Made by a program: the position numbers and the translations under genes | Part shown: piece by piece, positions 1-9,674 of the stretch | How positions within the stretch are numbered: position 1 is the first letter of the stretch | How the letters are laid out: each line of letters opens with the position of its first letter | IMG/VR virus record: IMGVR_UViG_3300017700_000721 | Coordinates: 54,082 to 118,081 of that record | Source: a virus | Lineage: Duplodnaviria > Caudoviricetes | DNA: 64,000 nucleotides | Reading direction: 5' to 3' (one strand) | Notes under the pieces: generated by a model | What the model was told of the DNA's origin: nothing | What the model saw: only the letters and a program-made list of their open reading frames with translations | Database searches by the model: none

Positions 1-212
1 GTGTACTTCAGATGGCCAATCTCGTGATCGAGGTAGCCGTTGTAAACGTCCACCTGCCAATTAGACAGGACGGTCCCAGGCGGAAGTGCTGGGAGGTTTA
101 TGTGACGCCCAGACACGAAGGCCGTCGTTCCGCCGAAGGTTACGTAGGTCCCCCGCCCGGATCGGGCCCTGGCATATTGCTGGGCAAAGTGAGTGAACGA
201 CTGGTGTCTCAT
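1..212 (-). CDS. CobT-like/vWA partner of MoxR-type ATPase, N-terminal part (runs off window edge)
   Basis: Not in the ORF track. Manual translation from ATG at 212 (ATGA overlap with the upstream stop) gives MRHQSFTHFAQQYAR...INLPALP...YNGYLDHEIGHLKYT. This has the HExxH motif typical of phage CobT-like N-termini and follows a CobS-like ATPase. Confidence 0.7.
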   Translation of the reverse strand, partial: MRHQSFTHFAQQYARARSGRGTYVTFGGTTAFVSGRHINLPALPPGTVLSNWQVDVYNGYLDHEIGHLKY

Positions 213-1369
213 TTGCCCTTCGCCACCAAACCGTGGTTCTCGAGGATCTTCTTCGCAACGGCGCTGTTGTCGCGACCCATCCAGTTGAGGATGGCGCAAC
301 GGATAGCTTCCTCGCGGCCGAGTACTGGTTCCATGTCAAACACGTCGATCAGCTTGCGCGTCGAGATGGTGACAGGCAAGACACCGTCGCTGAACGACTT
401 GCGGATCTCCATCGCGGCTTCCACAAACTTCTGGACCACCGCAGGATCACTGTCTGGAAACCGGGCTTTAAGCATGGCGATCTCCTTGTCCTTCGCCAGG
501 TAGCCCACCGTCAGCTTGATCGGGAAGCGGTCGAGCAGCGCGGTGTTCATCACCTCGGTGCCGGTGTACATTCCGCTGTCGTCACCTTTGCCACCCGTGT
601 TGCCAGTCCCTACGACGGTGAACCCAGGCGAGGCTACAATCGTTTCGCCCGTCTCGGGGAGGTAAAGGGTACGCTTCTTCTCCAGAACGGGGTTCAAGAC
701 AGCCGCGATGCTGGCCGGGGTGTAGTCCATCTCGTCAATCAGCAGCGTGATCCCAAGCTTCATGGCAGTCGGAAGGGCGCCGTACATGAAGTAGGTTCCC
801 TTCGACGGATCTGCGCGCATCGATCCGATGAAGTTGCCCACGGTCACGTCGCCGTTCATGTTCACCCGCTTGAGCGGTCGGCCCAGCTGAGCATGGATCT
901 GCTCGACACCGTCGGTCTTACCGCAGCCAGTCGGACCTTCGATATAGACGTTCGATCCCTTCACGAGGCCGAAGGCAACGGCCTTCACGACGGCCGGCAC
1001 GAAGACAAACTCGTTGTTGATCGTCGGCACCATCCCCGCAATGGACGGGTCGACAGTGACCGGAAACTGCTTCTTCAGGTCAGTGAAGAGATCAGACGCA
1101 ACTTCGGCTTGGAAGGCCTTCAGGAACGGCTCGAGGTCGTCGGAAGACTTGCTCTTCCGACCCACCATCCGGAGCAGCTCGGCCGTGATCGGCGACACAA
1201 GCGAAGCAGCTTGACCGAACTCGTTCTTGTACTGGCCTGCACTCTTGCCGTGCTTATCTTGAAGATGCTTCACGAGCGAATGAGCCTGAAACCCACAGTA
1301 TTTGCAGGATGGGCACGAGGCTGCCACTCGATCCCTGAATTCAGCTACTGTCAAAGTCCCGGCCATCAA
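209..1369 (-). CDS. CobS/MoxR-like AAA+ ATPase with N-terminal C2H2 zinc finger
   Basis: Walker A GPTGCGKT, Walker B LLIDEMD, GTGNTGG and NTALLDRF; N-terminal CKYC..HLQDKH. Confidence 0.85.
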   Translation of the reverse strand: MMAGTLTVAEFRDRVAASCPSCKYCGFQAHSLVKHLQDKHGKSAGQYKNEFGQAASLVSPITAELLRMVGRKSKSSDDLEPFLKAFQAEVASDLFTDLKKQFPVTVDPSIAGMVPTINNEFVFVPAVVKAVAFGLVKGSNVYIEGPTGCGKTDGVEQIHAQLGRPLKRVNMNGDVTVGNFIGSMRADPSKGTYFMYGALPTAMKLGITLLIDEMDYTPASIAAVLNPVLEKKRTLYLPETGETIVASPGFTVVGTGNTGGKGDDSGMYTGTEVMNTALLDRFPIKLTVGYLAKDKEIAMLKARFPDSDPAVVQKFVEAAMEIRKSFSDGVLPVTISTRKLIDVFDMEPVLGREEAIRCAILNWMGRDNSAVAKKILENHGLVAKGK

Positions 1370-1390
1370 TCACTCCTTGAGAAGTGGTGT

Positions 1391-1419
1391 ATTATACCAC
1401 GTCCCAATGGCGATGTCAA
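1391..1419 (-). promoter_or_regulatory. sigma70-type promoter for CobS-like gene
   Basis: TTGACA-17 nt-TATAAT on the minus strand. Confidence 0.85.
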
Positions 1420-2258
1420 GCACTCGCTTTTTGCTTCTCCAAGGGCTGTCCTAGCACCTTCCTCACGTAGCTGTTGTCCAGCTGCTGCACCTGTAGGGAG
1501 CGCCGCTCGAGGATCATGGGAAACTCAGCCCAATCCTTGATGAAAGGAGGGTGGTTCATCTCGGGACGTGCCTCGAAAGCCGTGTTGTGGCGATCCAGAT
1601 GAGAGCCCAGACCCACTTCCTTGTCCGGGACGTTCAGGTGAATAAGACTGGTTAGGTCCCTATATTCGTCGATGAAGTCCTTACGGATCTTCTCGTCCCA
1701 GAGGTCCACGCCACGAGCATACATGTGGGTCGTATCTACGCACATCCGCACGGTGACTGACTGAACAGCGCGGGCGACTTCGGCAATGAACTCAGGGCTC
1801 CCGATCGCCGATCCGTTCTTGCTCCCGCTGTCAGTCTCCAGAAGAAAGTCTACGTCCCACTTCTCGTCCCAGACATCGTTCAGGAAATCAACGATGTTCT
1901 TGAAGGCTTCCGGCTCGGAGAGCTCCTTCTTGAAGCCAGGGTGTAGGACCACCCGCCTGGCGCCTAGTGCTTCCGCTGTGGCAATCTGCTCCTTGAAGTG
2001 GCGCTTGTAAAAGCCACGGCGCTGCTTCATTCCTTCGCAAGGGTTGATTACATACGGAAGATGGAGCGTCACGGCCATCTCATACGACATCTTCCGGAAA
2101 GTGGCGGCCACTTCGTCGGTGATCTCCCACGGAGCGTAGTCGCGCCCTTTCCCATTCATCAGCTGGATCTCGTTGTAGCAAAGGCCGCGGGCCGTTGCTA
2201 TGGCGTAGGACAGCCCTTCATCGGCTCCCAGGTGACCGCCTAGTTTGAGGTGGCTCAT
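1416..2258 (-). CDS. nfo: Endonuclease IV (AP endonuclease family 2)
   Basis: All metal-ligand motifs in order: HLPYVIN, VLHPG, LLET, DTTH, IHLN, DRH, ILE. Confidence 0.85.
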   Translation of the reverse strand: MSHLKLGGHLGADEGLSYAIATARGLCYNEIQLMNGKGRDYAPWEITDEVAATFRKMSYEMAVTLHLPYVINPCEGMKQRRGFYKRHFKEQIATAEALGARRVVLHPGFKKELSEPEAFKNIVDFLNDVWDEKWDVDFLLETDSGSKNGSAIGSPEFIAEVARAVQSVTVRMCVDTTHMYARGVDLWDEKIRKDFIDEYRDLTSLIHLNVPDKEVGLGSHLDRHNTAFEARPEMNHPPFIKDWAEFPMILERRSLQVQQLDNSYVRKVLGQPLEKQKASA

Positions 2259-2272
2259 GAATACTCCTTGTC

Positions 2273-4516
2273 TCAGGCTGCCAGCAGCATCTTGTCATAC
2301 TCGCCCGCTGCGAGCTTGGCCAGGTCAATCTCCTTTTGGAGGCCCCAGACATCGCCCACCTTCGGGGCGACAGTGAGTTGAACCTGCCAGGTCTTGACCT
2401 CGAACTCCATGGCCTTCTTGATGATCGGAGCTACTTCCTGAACCAGCTCGTTCCGCACGAGGAACGCAAGCTCGTCATGGATCTGCATGGCGAAGGCCAC
2501 GTCACGCCATTTGTAGCCGTGAAGCTTGAGAGCCTTGTCCACCTTCACCATCGCAATGCGCGTCACCTCAGCGGCGGTTCCCTGAATAGCGGTGTTCACC
2601 GCGGACCGATTGGCGAAAGCATGGATCTTCGGGTCGGGGTTATCATAGAACGACTTCAGGCTCCGCTTCCGACCGAAGAATGTGGTTGTGTAGCCGTTCT
2701 TCCTGGCAAAAACATGGACCTTACCCATCCATCCGAATAGAACAGGGTGACCACGGACAAACCCGTCGTAGACCTGCTCGGCCGCGGCTCTGGGAATGTC
2801 AGCCTTAATAGCCAGAGTGTAGGCCGTTGCCCCGTAGAATGTTGCAAAGTTGAGCACCTTGCCCACGTCGCGCTTTCTCTTCTTCTCTTCCTTCGACAAG
2901 GCGTGGAATGTGTCAATCGGAATGCCATAAGCAGCGGCTGCCGTGAGAGAGTGGAGGTCATCTCCCTTGGCCAGAGCTCTGAGCCACCTAGGCTCGCCCG
3001 ACATATTGGCACCAATGACCAATTCCTGGCGGTCGTAGTCGAAGGAGAGTAGTTTGTAGCCCTTCGGAGCACGGAAGGCTTGGCGCACTGATGGGATCAT
3101 CAGCACGCCCTTCTGTACTCGTCGCGTGGTGTCAATGTTGACTGACTCACACTGAGCTGGGCAGCCTACACACGTCTCGCGGATGCAAACAATAGGCTCG
3201 CGGCCTTCTTCGTCCTCATCACCCTCTCTAGGGATGACATAAGGAAGGCTACGAACAACAGTCTGCCAATCAGCAGGAGCTTGAGGCGCTTCGCCAGGCT
3301 CTAGCCCTGCTCTCAGATCGATGAGGATGTCCGAGTCGTCAACCTGCGATATGTAATCGGCAGAGTCAGGCGTACCCTTCAAATCTACGGCCATCACTTC
3401 GCGAGCTTCGCCGTTAGAGACGGCCTGAATGTTCACTCCTGTGGCGCCGTCGACGTCCGGATCACCGCCTGGGGCAGAGAACCTGAAAGTCGGAGCTGCA
3501 AAGGTGTTGAAGTTGAACCTAGGTTTGATCTCTCGATCGGAGAGTGCCTGTAGCTTATTGAAGTAGGAACTACGGGCCTTCACAATCTTCTTGTAAGCGA
3601 TGATCGTCTCTACGATCGGATTGGCTCGGGCGAGCTTCTCCAGCGCCTCTTCCTTGGTAACGTGGATTGGGTTCTTGCCCTTGGTCTTGCCTGGCGAAGG
3701 CAAGCCGCCCCGCTCGAACAGAGCGTCGCCGAGCTGCTTAGGGCTGTTGATCTCGAAGGTGTAGCCGATCACCCGGAATATCTGCTCCCGCATGGTAGCA
3801 GCCCGGGTCTCAAGCATCGCCATCTGATTATCGATGTACTCCCGGTTGAGTTCCATCCCGCCGTTGTGTTCCATCCGGCGGACAATGTCGATGAGCAGGG
3901 TGTCAATCTGCACAGCCATCGGGTTCTCAGTCGCAACGTAGGCGTAGTGATCCCACATCTGCATGCCTACGTCGGCGTCAGCACAGGCGTAGTCGGTGCA
4001 TCGCTCCGGTGATTTGGTGGTAATATCCAGGCGACCTGCTTTGATCTCCTCGGGGGTGAAGAGGTCCTCGAACTTGGTCATGTCGATGCCCAAGTCTTCA
4101 TGGGCCACCGTCTTCAGACCAATCTTCTTCCGATCAGGGTCAGCTAGGTAGACAAGCTCAAGCGCATCGTTGAACTTGAAGTCAGGTTTCCACTTCAACC
4201 CCTTCTTGACCACCTGCACCTGCAGGATGTTCAAGTCATACTTGGCGTTGTAGAAGATGGGGGTGTGAGACTCCATCTTCTCTTCCATGAGCTCCCAGAC
4301 AGGCTCAAACGGTAGGTTCGCCTCGGGGTTCACTCGATGGTTAAATGGGACATAAAGGGCTGAGCCCTTCGCAAGAGACACTGACATTCCGGCAATGCCT
4401 GCGCGGCGAGTGTCAAGACTCTTTGCCTCAGTATCCATCCCCATCTGGTTCTTGGGGTGGACTGTGGACAGATATTGCTTCACGTGGTCGAGTGACCTAG
4501 CTAACTCGTACGCCAT
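2273..4516 (-). CDS. polA: Replicative family A DNA polymerase with 3'-5' exonuclease
   Basis: ExoI DTE, ExoII NAKYD, ExoIII YACAD; motif A DYDRQE, motif B RDVGKVLNFATFYG, RSAVNTAIQGTAA, motif C QIHDE. Confidence 0.95.
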   Translation of the reverse strand: MAYELARSLDHVKQYLSTVHPKNQMGMDTEAKSLDTRRAGIAGMSVSLAKGSALYVPFNHRVNPEANLPFEPVWELMEEKMESHTPIFYNAKYDLNILQVQVVKKGLKWKPDFKFNDALELVYLADPDRKKIGLKTVAHEDLGIDMTKFEDLFTPEEIKAGRLDITTKSPERCTDYACADADVGMQMWDHYAYVATENPMAVQIDTLLIDIVRRMEHNGGMELNREYIDNQMAMLETRAATMREQIFRVIGYTFEINSPKQLGDALFERGGLPSPGKTKGKNPIHVTKEEALEKLARANPIVETIIAYKKIVKARSSYFNKLQALSDREIKPRFNFNTFAAPTFRFSAPGGDPDVDGATGVNIQAVSNGEAREVMAVDLKGTPDSADYISQVDDSDILIDLRAGLEPGEAPQAPADWQTVVRSLPYVIPREGDEDEEGREPIVCIRETCVGCPAQCESVNIDTTRRVQKGVLMIPSVRQAFRAPKGYKLLSFDYDRQELVIGANMSGEPRWLRALAKGDDLHSLTAAAAYGIPIDTFHALSKEEKKRKRDVGKVLNFATFYGATAYTLAIKADIPRAAAEQVYDGFVRGHPVLFGWMGKVHVFARKNGYTTTFFGRKRSLKSFYDNPDPKIHAFANRSAVNTAIQGTAAEVTRIAMVKVDKALKLHGYKWRDVAFAMQIHDELAFLVRNELVQEVAPIIKKAMEFEVKTWQVQLTVAPKVGDVWGLQKEIDLAKLAAGEYDKMLLAA

Positions 4517-4544
4517 CCATCCGCCTTTGCTTTGACGAACGCTC

Positions 4545-5372
4545 CTAAGCTAGGGTCTGCAGAAGGCCCAGGGAGAGGTGTGCGCTCGGGTCGGAGAGGT
4601 GCTTCTTCTTCAAGGTGATGCTCGACGTCTGCCAAACACCGGCCTTCAAGAAGCTGATCCCCACTAGGTTCTCCATACCCTTATCATAGCACATGGCCAC
4701 GATGGTGTCACAGTTGGCAGCCTTGCCACTGATCTTCCAGAAGAGGGGATCATCCTTCCTCGTCTGGGCCCGATAGCGGTACTGACGCGAGGACTTCACG
4801 TTAACCCGACCCAGCACAGAGTCGTCAAAGTCATAGTCAGCCTGGGAACCCTGCGTCAGGTTCTTGTCCTCGGTGACAAGCGAACCACGAAGCCGAGCGA
4901 AGTCGAGCTCAGCGCGGCGGCCCTTGTTCACGCTGTTGGCTCCCACCGTATAGTCAATGAGATCGGCAATCTCGAGCTCGTACTTCTCCACACACTTCCG
5001 AATGAGGGAGTCATTCACGTCGTGAATGTGAGCGACGAGACGGACTGAACGGTACTTCTCAAACTGCTCGAGCAAGAACTCCTCGGTCCAATCCAGCTCA
5101 CGGACAGGCTCACCCATGAAGATGGGTCGAAGAGCAGAGTCGCTACAGCCAATGCTCTCGGCCAGTTTGGCCAGCGAGCCCTTCTTGGCAAGCATCTCCA
5201 GCTGTTCTTCCCGAGTCTTCGACTTAATCCAAGTCAACGGACTCATCAGGCTCTTCGAACGCCAGAGCTCGTCTGTTTGCTTGGGGTCCAGACCCAGGTA
5301 GGTTCCCAGCGCCTTCTTTGATCCCAGCATCAGGACCAGTTTCTGGTATTCGTTGTCCGTCAATGAAAGCAT
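4545..5372 (-). CDS. HTH-repeat protein with C-terminal PD-(D/E)XK-like nuclease domain
   Basis: Repeated HTH-like segments (SLAKLAESIGCSDSAL, SVRLVAHIHDV), then KGRRAELDF...ADYDF...RVNVKSS. Start moved to ATG 5372, behind a promoter and RBS. Confidence 0.55.
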   Translation of the reverse strand: MLSLTDNEYQKLVLMLGSKKALGTYLGLDPKQTDELWRSKSLMSPLTWIKSKTREEQLEMLAKKGSLAKLAESIGCSDSALRPIFMGEPVRELDWTEEFLLEQFEKYRSVRLVAHIHDVNDSLIRKCVEKYELEIADLIDYTVGANSVNKGRRAELDFARLRGSLVTEDKNLTQGSQADYDFDDSVLGRVNVKSSRQYRYRAQTRKDDPLFWKISGKAANCDTIVAMCYDKGMENLVGISFLKAGVWQTSSITLKKKHLSDPSAHLSLGLLQTLA

Positions 5373-5874
5373 TCTTCGCCTCTCTAACTCTATTATAACA
5401 TATTTCGAGTGCTTTGTCAAGCTTTGATTTATCAGCCTGGCCGCGTTCGTAGGCCAGGAGCACCCGGTCAAAAGTCTCAGCTAGAGTGGCGTGCTCTCTC
5501 CTTGGGAGGTGGCGGGCTGTCTTTAGTACAGCCTCCACCTGGTTGCGCAACTTGGCGACTGTGTGGCGATCTGTTCGGTCATGCTCCTCCCCGAGGTCCA
5601 CACCAAAGATCTTCTCCAGATCCTTGAGTGAGTCCCTCCAAGGGACTCCATCGTTTACGTTCTTCACCTTCGCGTAGAACAGGTGAGGCGGTAGGGTGTA
5701 ATCACACGAGAAGCAGTGCGCTAGGCTTGTCGTATGGTAAAAACCCGCAGAGGGGTCTCGGTCATCGTGAATTGGGCAGCAGAATGCAAACCGACCTGAC
5801 TTCTCCAGGTAACTGATGCCCAGCAGCTTCAGTATCTGCTCAGGACTTATGAGCGGTTTCTGTTCGTGGTCCAC
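5224..5874 (-). CDS. CHC2 zinc-finger (primase Zn-binding domain) protein
   Basis: CCPIHDDRDPS...HCFSC; no TOPRIM domain visible. Confidence 0.75.
   Translation of the reverse strand: MDHEQKPLISPEQILKLLGISYLEKSGRFAFCCPIHDDRDPSAGFYHTTSLAHCFSCDYTLPPHLFYAKVKNVNDGVPWRDSLKDLEKIFGVDLGEEHDRTDRHTVAKLRNQVEAVLKTARHLPRREHATLAETFDRVLLAYERGQADKSKLDKALEICYNRVREAKNAFIDGQRIPETGPDAGIKEGAGNLPGSGPQANRRALAFEEPDESVDLD
5392..5420 (-). promoter_or_regulatory. sigma70-type promoter inside the primase Zn-finger gene
   Basis: TTGACA-17-TATAAT, positioned to drive the nuclease, polA and nfo genes. Confidence 0.85.
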
Positions 5875-6131
5875 GATCTCACGTTGCTTGGTCTATTCTC
5901 GTCAAAGACCCGGTAAGGCTCACCTTCGGTGATATTCAAATCCGCCTGGGTCTGATTGCCTATTGACTGACCCGACGTGGTGAAACACACCAAATGGCCG
6001 GGCGTCGTCTTGTAGGTCCAGCCGGAGATCTCCTTTGATCGGCGGTTGGCTACCTTCTGTATCTCTGCCAGCAGCTCCTCCCTCGACCCTCGAAAGTAGT
6101 TCACTGCAAAGGCCTGGGTTATCAAACTCAC
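5847..6131 (-). CDS. hypothetical protein
   Basis: Tightly packed ORF with ATGA overlap in the replication operon. Confidence 0.6.
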   Translation of the reverse strand: MSLITQAFAVNYFRGSREELLAEIQKVANRRSKEISGWTYKTTPGHLVCFTTSGQSIGNQTQADLNITEGEPYRVFDENRPSNVRSWTTNRNRS

Positions 6132-7567
6132 AGCGTCACCTGGTCCGCTCCACCGCTCGTCGGGGCGTATCCAGTCTGAGGGTTCATTCCTCCAGACATA
6201 TCAATGATACGACGACTGTCCGGCTCAATAAAGAGACTCACGGGTTTCGAGGGCACCTGACCCCAACGGGATTTCATGATTCCGGCCTTTGGCTCACTGG
6301 TCGCCATCTCCTCGGTATCATAGAAGATGTAGGTGATGACATCGGCTTCCTTCTCGGCTGCGTTATAATCCGCCAGGGCCGTCTTGTCCATTACCCCTTC
6401 GTTAGCCTGGGCGGCTTTATAGCCTGTCCGGTTGATCTGAAATGGAGAGCAGACAGGCAGCCCGATGCCCTTGTTGAAGCCCATCGCAAACCGCTTCGCG
6501 TCGGCCAAGGTCTCGTTGCGTGCTGCACGCACGTCCATCCGTAGGTATTTAGCGTCGATCGGGAGGCGGGTGATGTAATCACACCAAAGAACGTCGACCT
6601 CTTCCTCTGAATGCTCTCTGACCGTCCGCTGCATCACTGAACCCCACGTGGAGAACTCGGATGAGTCAATCACCCGAATGTTCCCGTGCTGGGTGTTGTT
6701 CAGCAGGTCGTCTTTCACCGTCTGGTAAAAATCTTCCTCCTCAGGACGAAGGGCCCCCAAGAGGAGTCGGAAGGAGTTGATTGGCCGACCCACCGACTGG
6801 AACTTGGGGTCCGCACTGTGCATCGCTATCAGCTTTTGCTGCACGTCCTCGGCCGGCTCCTCAGAGGTGAAGAGCAAGGGGTTCCAACCCGAAACCACTG
6901 CGTTGAGCATATGGTTGTGCATTAGCGTTGACTTGAGATGACCACCAAAGCCAGCAACCAGATAAAACTGTTTCTTTCTGATGCCTGCGGTTGACTGGTC
7001 GAAAATACCGTATCCGGTCATCACGCCGTAGGTGTGGAGCGGGTTGGTCTTCCTCTGCTGGTACAGCTCGTCCAACTTCACAGAGTTCTGACGCATTGAG
7101 GCCTTCAGTCGTCCGCTGTCCTCTTTCGGCGTTCCTTGAAGAGCGGAGAAGGCGTGGGCAACAGCAGCGTCGGTTCCCTTGATCAGGGTCCCGTTCATTG
7201 TCACGCCAACCGTCGCTATCTTGATCCCCTCCTTCAAAACGCTTACGGCGCTCTGGCTCGCCTGCTCTTCCACAATCCCTTCGAACAGGACCTTGAAGCT
7301 GGCGCTCTCGTAGAATTGCTCGGCTTGAGCCTCCGTCAGAAACGAGACTTCCTCGCTCCTTGAGAGGTTGTCGAAATGGTCGAAGACCAGCTTGAAGCTC
7401 GGAGCTTCACCCGAGGCTGTAAAGAAATCCACGATATGCTCAAGGACTTCCTTCTCAGTCTTGGTGAGGTTGAGGAGTCGCTCGATCTTGGAGAAGCCGA
7501 GATTTATCTTCGCCTCAAGCTTCTCTCGCGGGTCCATGTAGGTTAGCGAGCGGATTACTCTACGCAT
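6128..7567 (-). CDS. DnaB-like replicative helicase
   Basis: AGFGGHLKS Walker A, FTSEE, LWCDYI, PFQINR, AAEKEADVI, KSRWG. Confidence 0.85.
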   Translation of the reverse strand: MRRVIRSLTYMDPREKLEAKINLGFSKIERLLNLTKTEKEVLEHIVDFFTASGEAPSFKLVFDHFDNLSRSEEVSFLTEAQAEQFYESASFKVLFEGIVEEQASQSAVSVLKEGIKIATVGVTMNGTLIKGTDAAVAHAFSALQGTPKEDSGRLKASMRQNSVKLDELYQQRKTNPLHTYGVMTGYGIFDQSTAGIRKKQFYLVAGFGGHLKSTLMHNHMLNAVVSGWNPLLFTSEEPAEDVQQKLIAMHSADPKFQSVGRPINSFRLLLGALRPEEEDFYQTVKDDLLNNTQHGNIRVIDSSEFSTWGSVMQRTVREHSEEEVDVLWCDYITRLPIDAKYLRMDVRAARNETLADAKRFAMGFNKGIGLPVCSPFQINRTGYKAAQANEGVMDKTALADYNAAEKEADVITYIFYDTEEMATSEPKAGIMKSRWGQVPSKPVSLFIEPDSRRIIDMSGGMNPQTGYAPTSGGADQVTL

Positions 7568-8124
7568 TACCTGGATCCCGCCTTCTCAAAGCCAGCTAAG
7601 ACAGTCTGCAGCTCGGTGTTATACTTGGTGGAGACCATCGCAAGGTCTACGCCCATCAACACCCAGGTCGGCTTGTCGTCTAGAGCCCTACGCGACAGAG
7701 CCTGGATCAGCAACTCAGGAAGGTAACGGTTCCTAGGATCTCCGAACCCTAAGAGGATAATCAAAAGGTCCGTTTCGATGGCTGGCCGAGACGAGGCGAA
7801 CTCTTCGTCCTTCTCCAAGAAGATCTCAATCAGCCTGTAGGCGTCCATCACCACGAAGCTCTCGTTCCGCTCGATCATTGAGAGGAGTGCGCCAGCTATG
7901 TGAGGGCGTAGTGTGTCTAGTGGACCCTCAAGCCTCAGGTTTGTGCTTGTCTTGCCTCGCAGGGGGCTGTCCTTCTTCGGGTTCTTGCAGAACATCTTCC
8001 CGAGCTTGAGCCGGTGAATATCCAAGATCAGGCAGGGGCATCGGACCCACTTACCGTTTTCTTGGTAGTGACCTGTCGCTCCGCAGCGATCGCGGTGGTC
8101 ACACTGTTCCCGTAGCTTGCTCAT
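7567..8124 (-). CDS. putative helicase loader (degenerate DnaC/IstB-like)
   Basis: N-terminal CxxC...CPC Zn site; DLLII and R..DDKPTW segments; adjacent to DnaB. Confidence 0.5.
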   Translation of the reverse strand: MSKLREQCDHRDRCGATGHYQENGKWVRCPCLILDIHRLKLGKMFCKNPKKDSPLRGKTSTNLRLEGPLDTLRPHIAGALLSMIERNESFVVMDAYRLIEIFLEKDEEFASSRPAIETDLLIILLGFGDPRNRYLPELLIQALSRRALDDKPTWVLMGVDLAMVSTKYNTELQTVLAGFEKAGSR

Positions 8125-9674
8125 GCCGCCATCCTATAAGAGTCTTTGATGGCCTCGTAGATTTCCTTCAACTCACCGTCGCCGGTCTGGATGGTGTTAG
8201 CCTGTGACTCGCCGGTCACAGCCTTGAAGAGCTCATACTTCTTCATCAAGATGTTCAAGGTGTGGTGATCCACGGTCTTGTCCGTGCCTATGTTAGCGGC
8301 AAGGTCAGGGTGAAGTTGGGCTAGGAACCTATATACCCCAATGATCTTGAAGGTGCTGCCGGTCCTCTTGAGGCGACCAATAAGCTGACGATAATCATCG
8401 TAAGCCCACGGAAGGTCAAAGAAGATGAAGTGGCCGCCTTTCTGGAGGTTGATTGCCCGCTTTCCTGCGTTGGTCAGAAGGAGGATAGAGTTCTCGGCGG
8501 CTTCCTCGTCTGACATGAAGAAGTCTTTGGCCGCTTCTTTCTCTTCCCAGGACTCCTTCCCAGTTATACGTAGGACTGGGTAGTTGGTCGACTTACGTAT
8601 TTGCTGCTCCAGCAGGTCAACTACGGACCTAAACTTGGAGAAGATCACAATCCGCTGACCGTTCAGACTTCCGTTCACCATCTCGAGAAGGGCTTGAGTC
8701 TTCTCCCCTGGTATGTCGAAACCCTTTAAGCGAGGGTCGTCAACCATTTGCTGGGCCATCGTCAAGCCTGGCAAGAGGCCCAATGCCTTGACCTCTCCGT
8801 CAGGCATCTTGATAAGGCGATCCATCGCCTCGACCACTTTCCGACTCTGGTCCTTAGACATGGTTATCTCCACGTCCTTGGTTATCACCTCGGGTAGGTC
8901 CTGCTTGACCTCGGGGTCGTCCTGCATTCTCCCGAAGAAAACAGGCTCAATTAGCTTCCGGAACTCGTCAAGGTTCTTGTAGCCCTTGATCACCTTTCGG
9001 TTGTTCACGTAAGCTACGATGCAGAAGTTGTCCTCAAAGAACTTCCAGGACTCGATGGCACCTGGACATACGATGCGGAGGATACCGAAGGCCTCGGTCA
9101 GTCGATTACCCACAATGGTGGCGGTCAGACCGTAGACTCTAGCTGGACCACCCTCGGTGTTCACCATGTCAAAGGCTATCTGATGGGCAGCAGACTCCGT
9201 GTTCTTAAAAAGATCCGGCTCATCGAAGATGCAGATCCACCTCGTACCCATCCCCTCCTTCAGGTACTTGGAGAAGTTGTAAAGCATTGAGTAGGATGTA
9301 AACACCACGTCCGCTTCAGGGTTCCTCATCACCCGGATGCGTTGCTGCGTGTCCGGGTAAAGCTCGGCGGTGATGATGCGGGTTGTGAAGGAAGGGCAGA
9401 GGTTCTGCGACTCCTTCCGCCACTGCTTCAGAGCCGTCTTCTCAGTGAAGACCAGGAACCTAGTCTTCTGGTTCTGAGCCTTCATGTAGGATGTGGCAAG
9501 GAGAGTCTCGAGGGTCTTTCCTAAGCCTACGTCGTCTCCGAGCACCATTCTCGGTGTGACCAGCATCACAAGGCTGCCCTTGCGTTGGTACTGGTAAGGC
9601 ATGTCTGTGTTTGCGAACACCCCGTTGGACTTCAGGGTCAGGTTCTTGGCGGCCTTGATGCTTGCTAGGTCCAT
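8121..9674 (-). CDS. SNF2-family helicase
   Basis: LGDDVGLGKT, IFDEPD, LTAT, VIFSKF, AINLQ, QLIGRLKR. Confidence 0.9.
   Translation of the reverse strand: MDLASIKAAKNLTLKSNGVFANTDMPYQYQRKGSLVMLVTPRMVLGDDVGLGKTLETLLATSYMKAQNQKTRFLVFTEKTALKQWRKESQNLCPSFTTRIITAELYPDTQQRIRVMRNPEADVVFTSYSMLYNFSKYLKEGMGTRWICIFDEPDLFKNTESAAHQIAFDMVNTEGGPARVYGLTATIVGNRLTEAFGILRIVCPGAIESWKFFEDNFCIVAYVNNRKVIKGYKNLDEFRKLIEPVFFGRMQDDPEVKQDLPEVITKDVEITMSKDQSRKVVEAMDRLIKMPDGEVKALGLLPGLTMAQQMVDDPRLKGFDIPGEKTQALLEMVNGSLNGQRIVIFSKFRSVVDLLEQQIRKSTNYPVLRITGKESWEEKEAAKDFFMSDEEAAENSILLLTNAGKRAINLQKGGHFIFFDLPWAYDDYRQLIGRLKRTGSTFKIIGVYRFLAQLHPDLAANIGTDKTVDHHTLNILMKKYELFKAVTGESQANTIQTGDGELKEIYEAIKDSYRMAA

Noticed and set aside
233-1540. 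Long plus-strand ORFs here and at 26061-27440, 27541-28494, 34247-35122, 41080-41958 and 48131-49606
   Set aside because: Antisense shadows of high-GC3 minus-strand genes; no motifs, RBS or promoters support them.
3090-3425. Intein in the replicative PolA
   Set aside because: No C-terminal HN followed by C/S/T, and no splicing block motifs.
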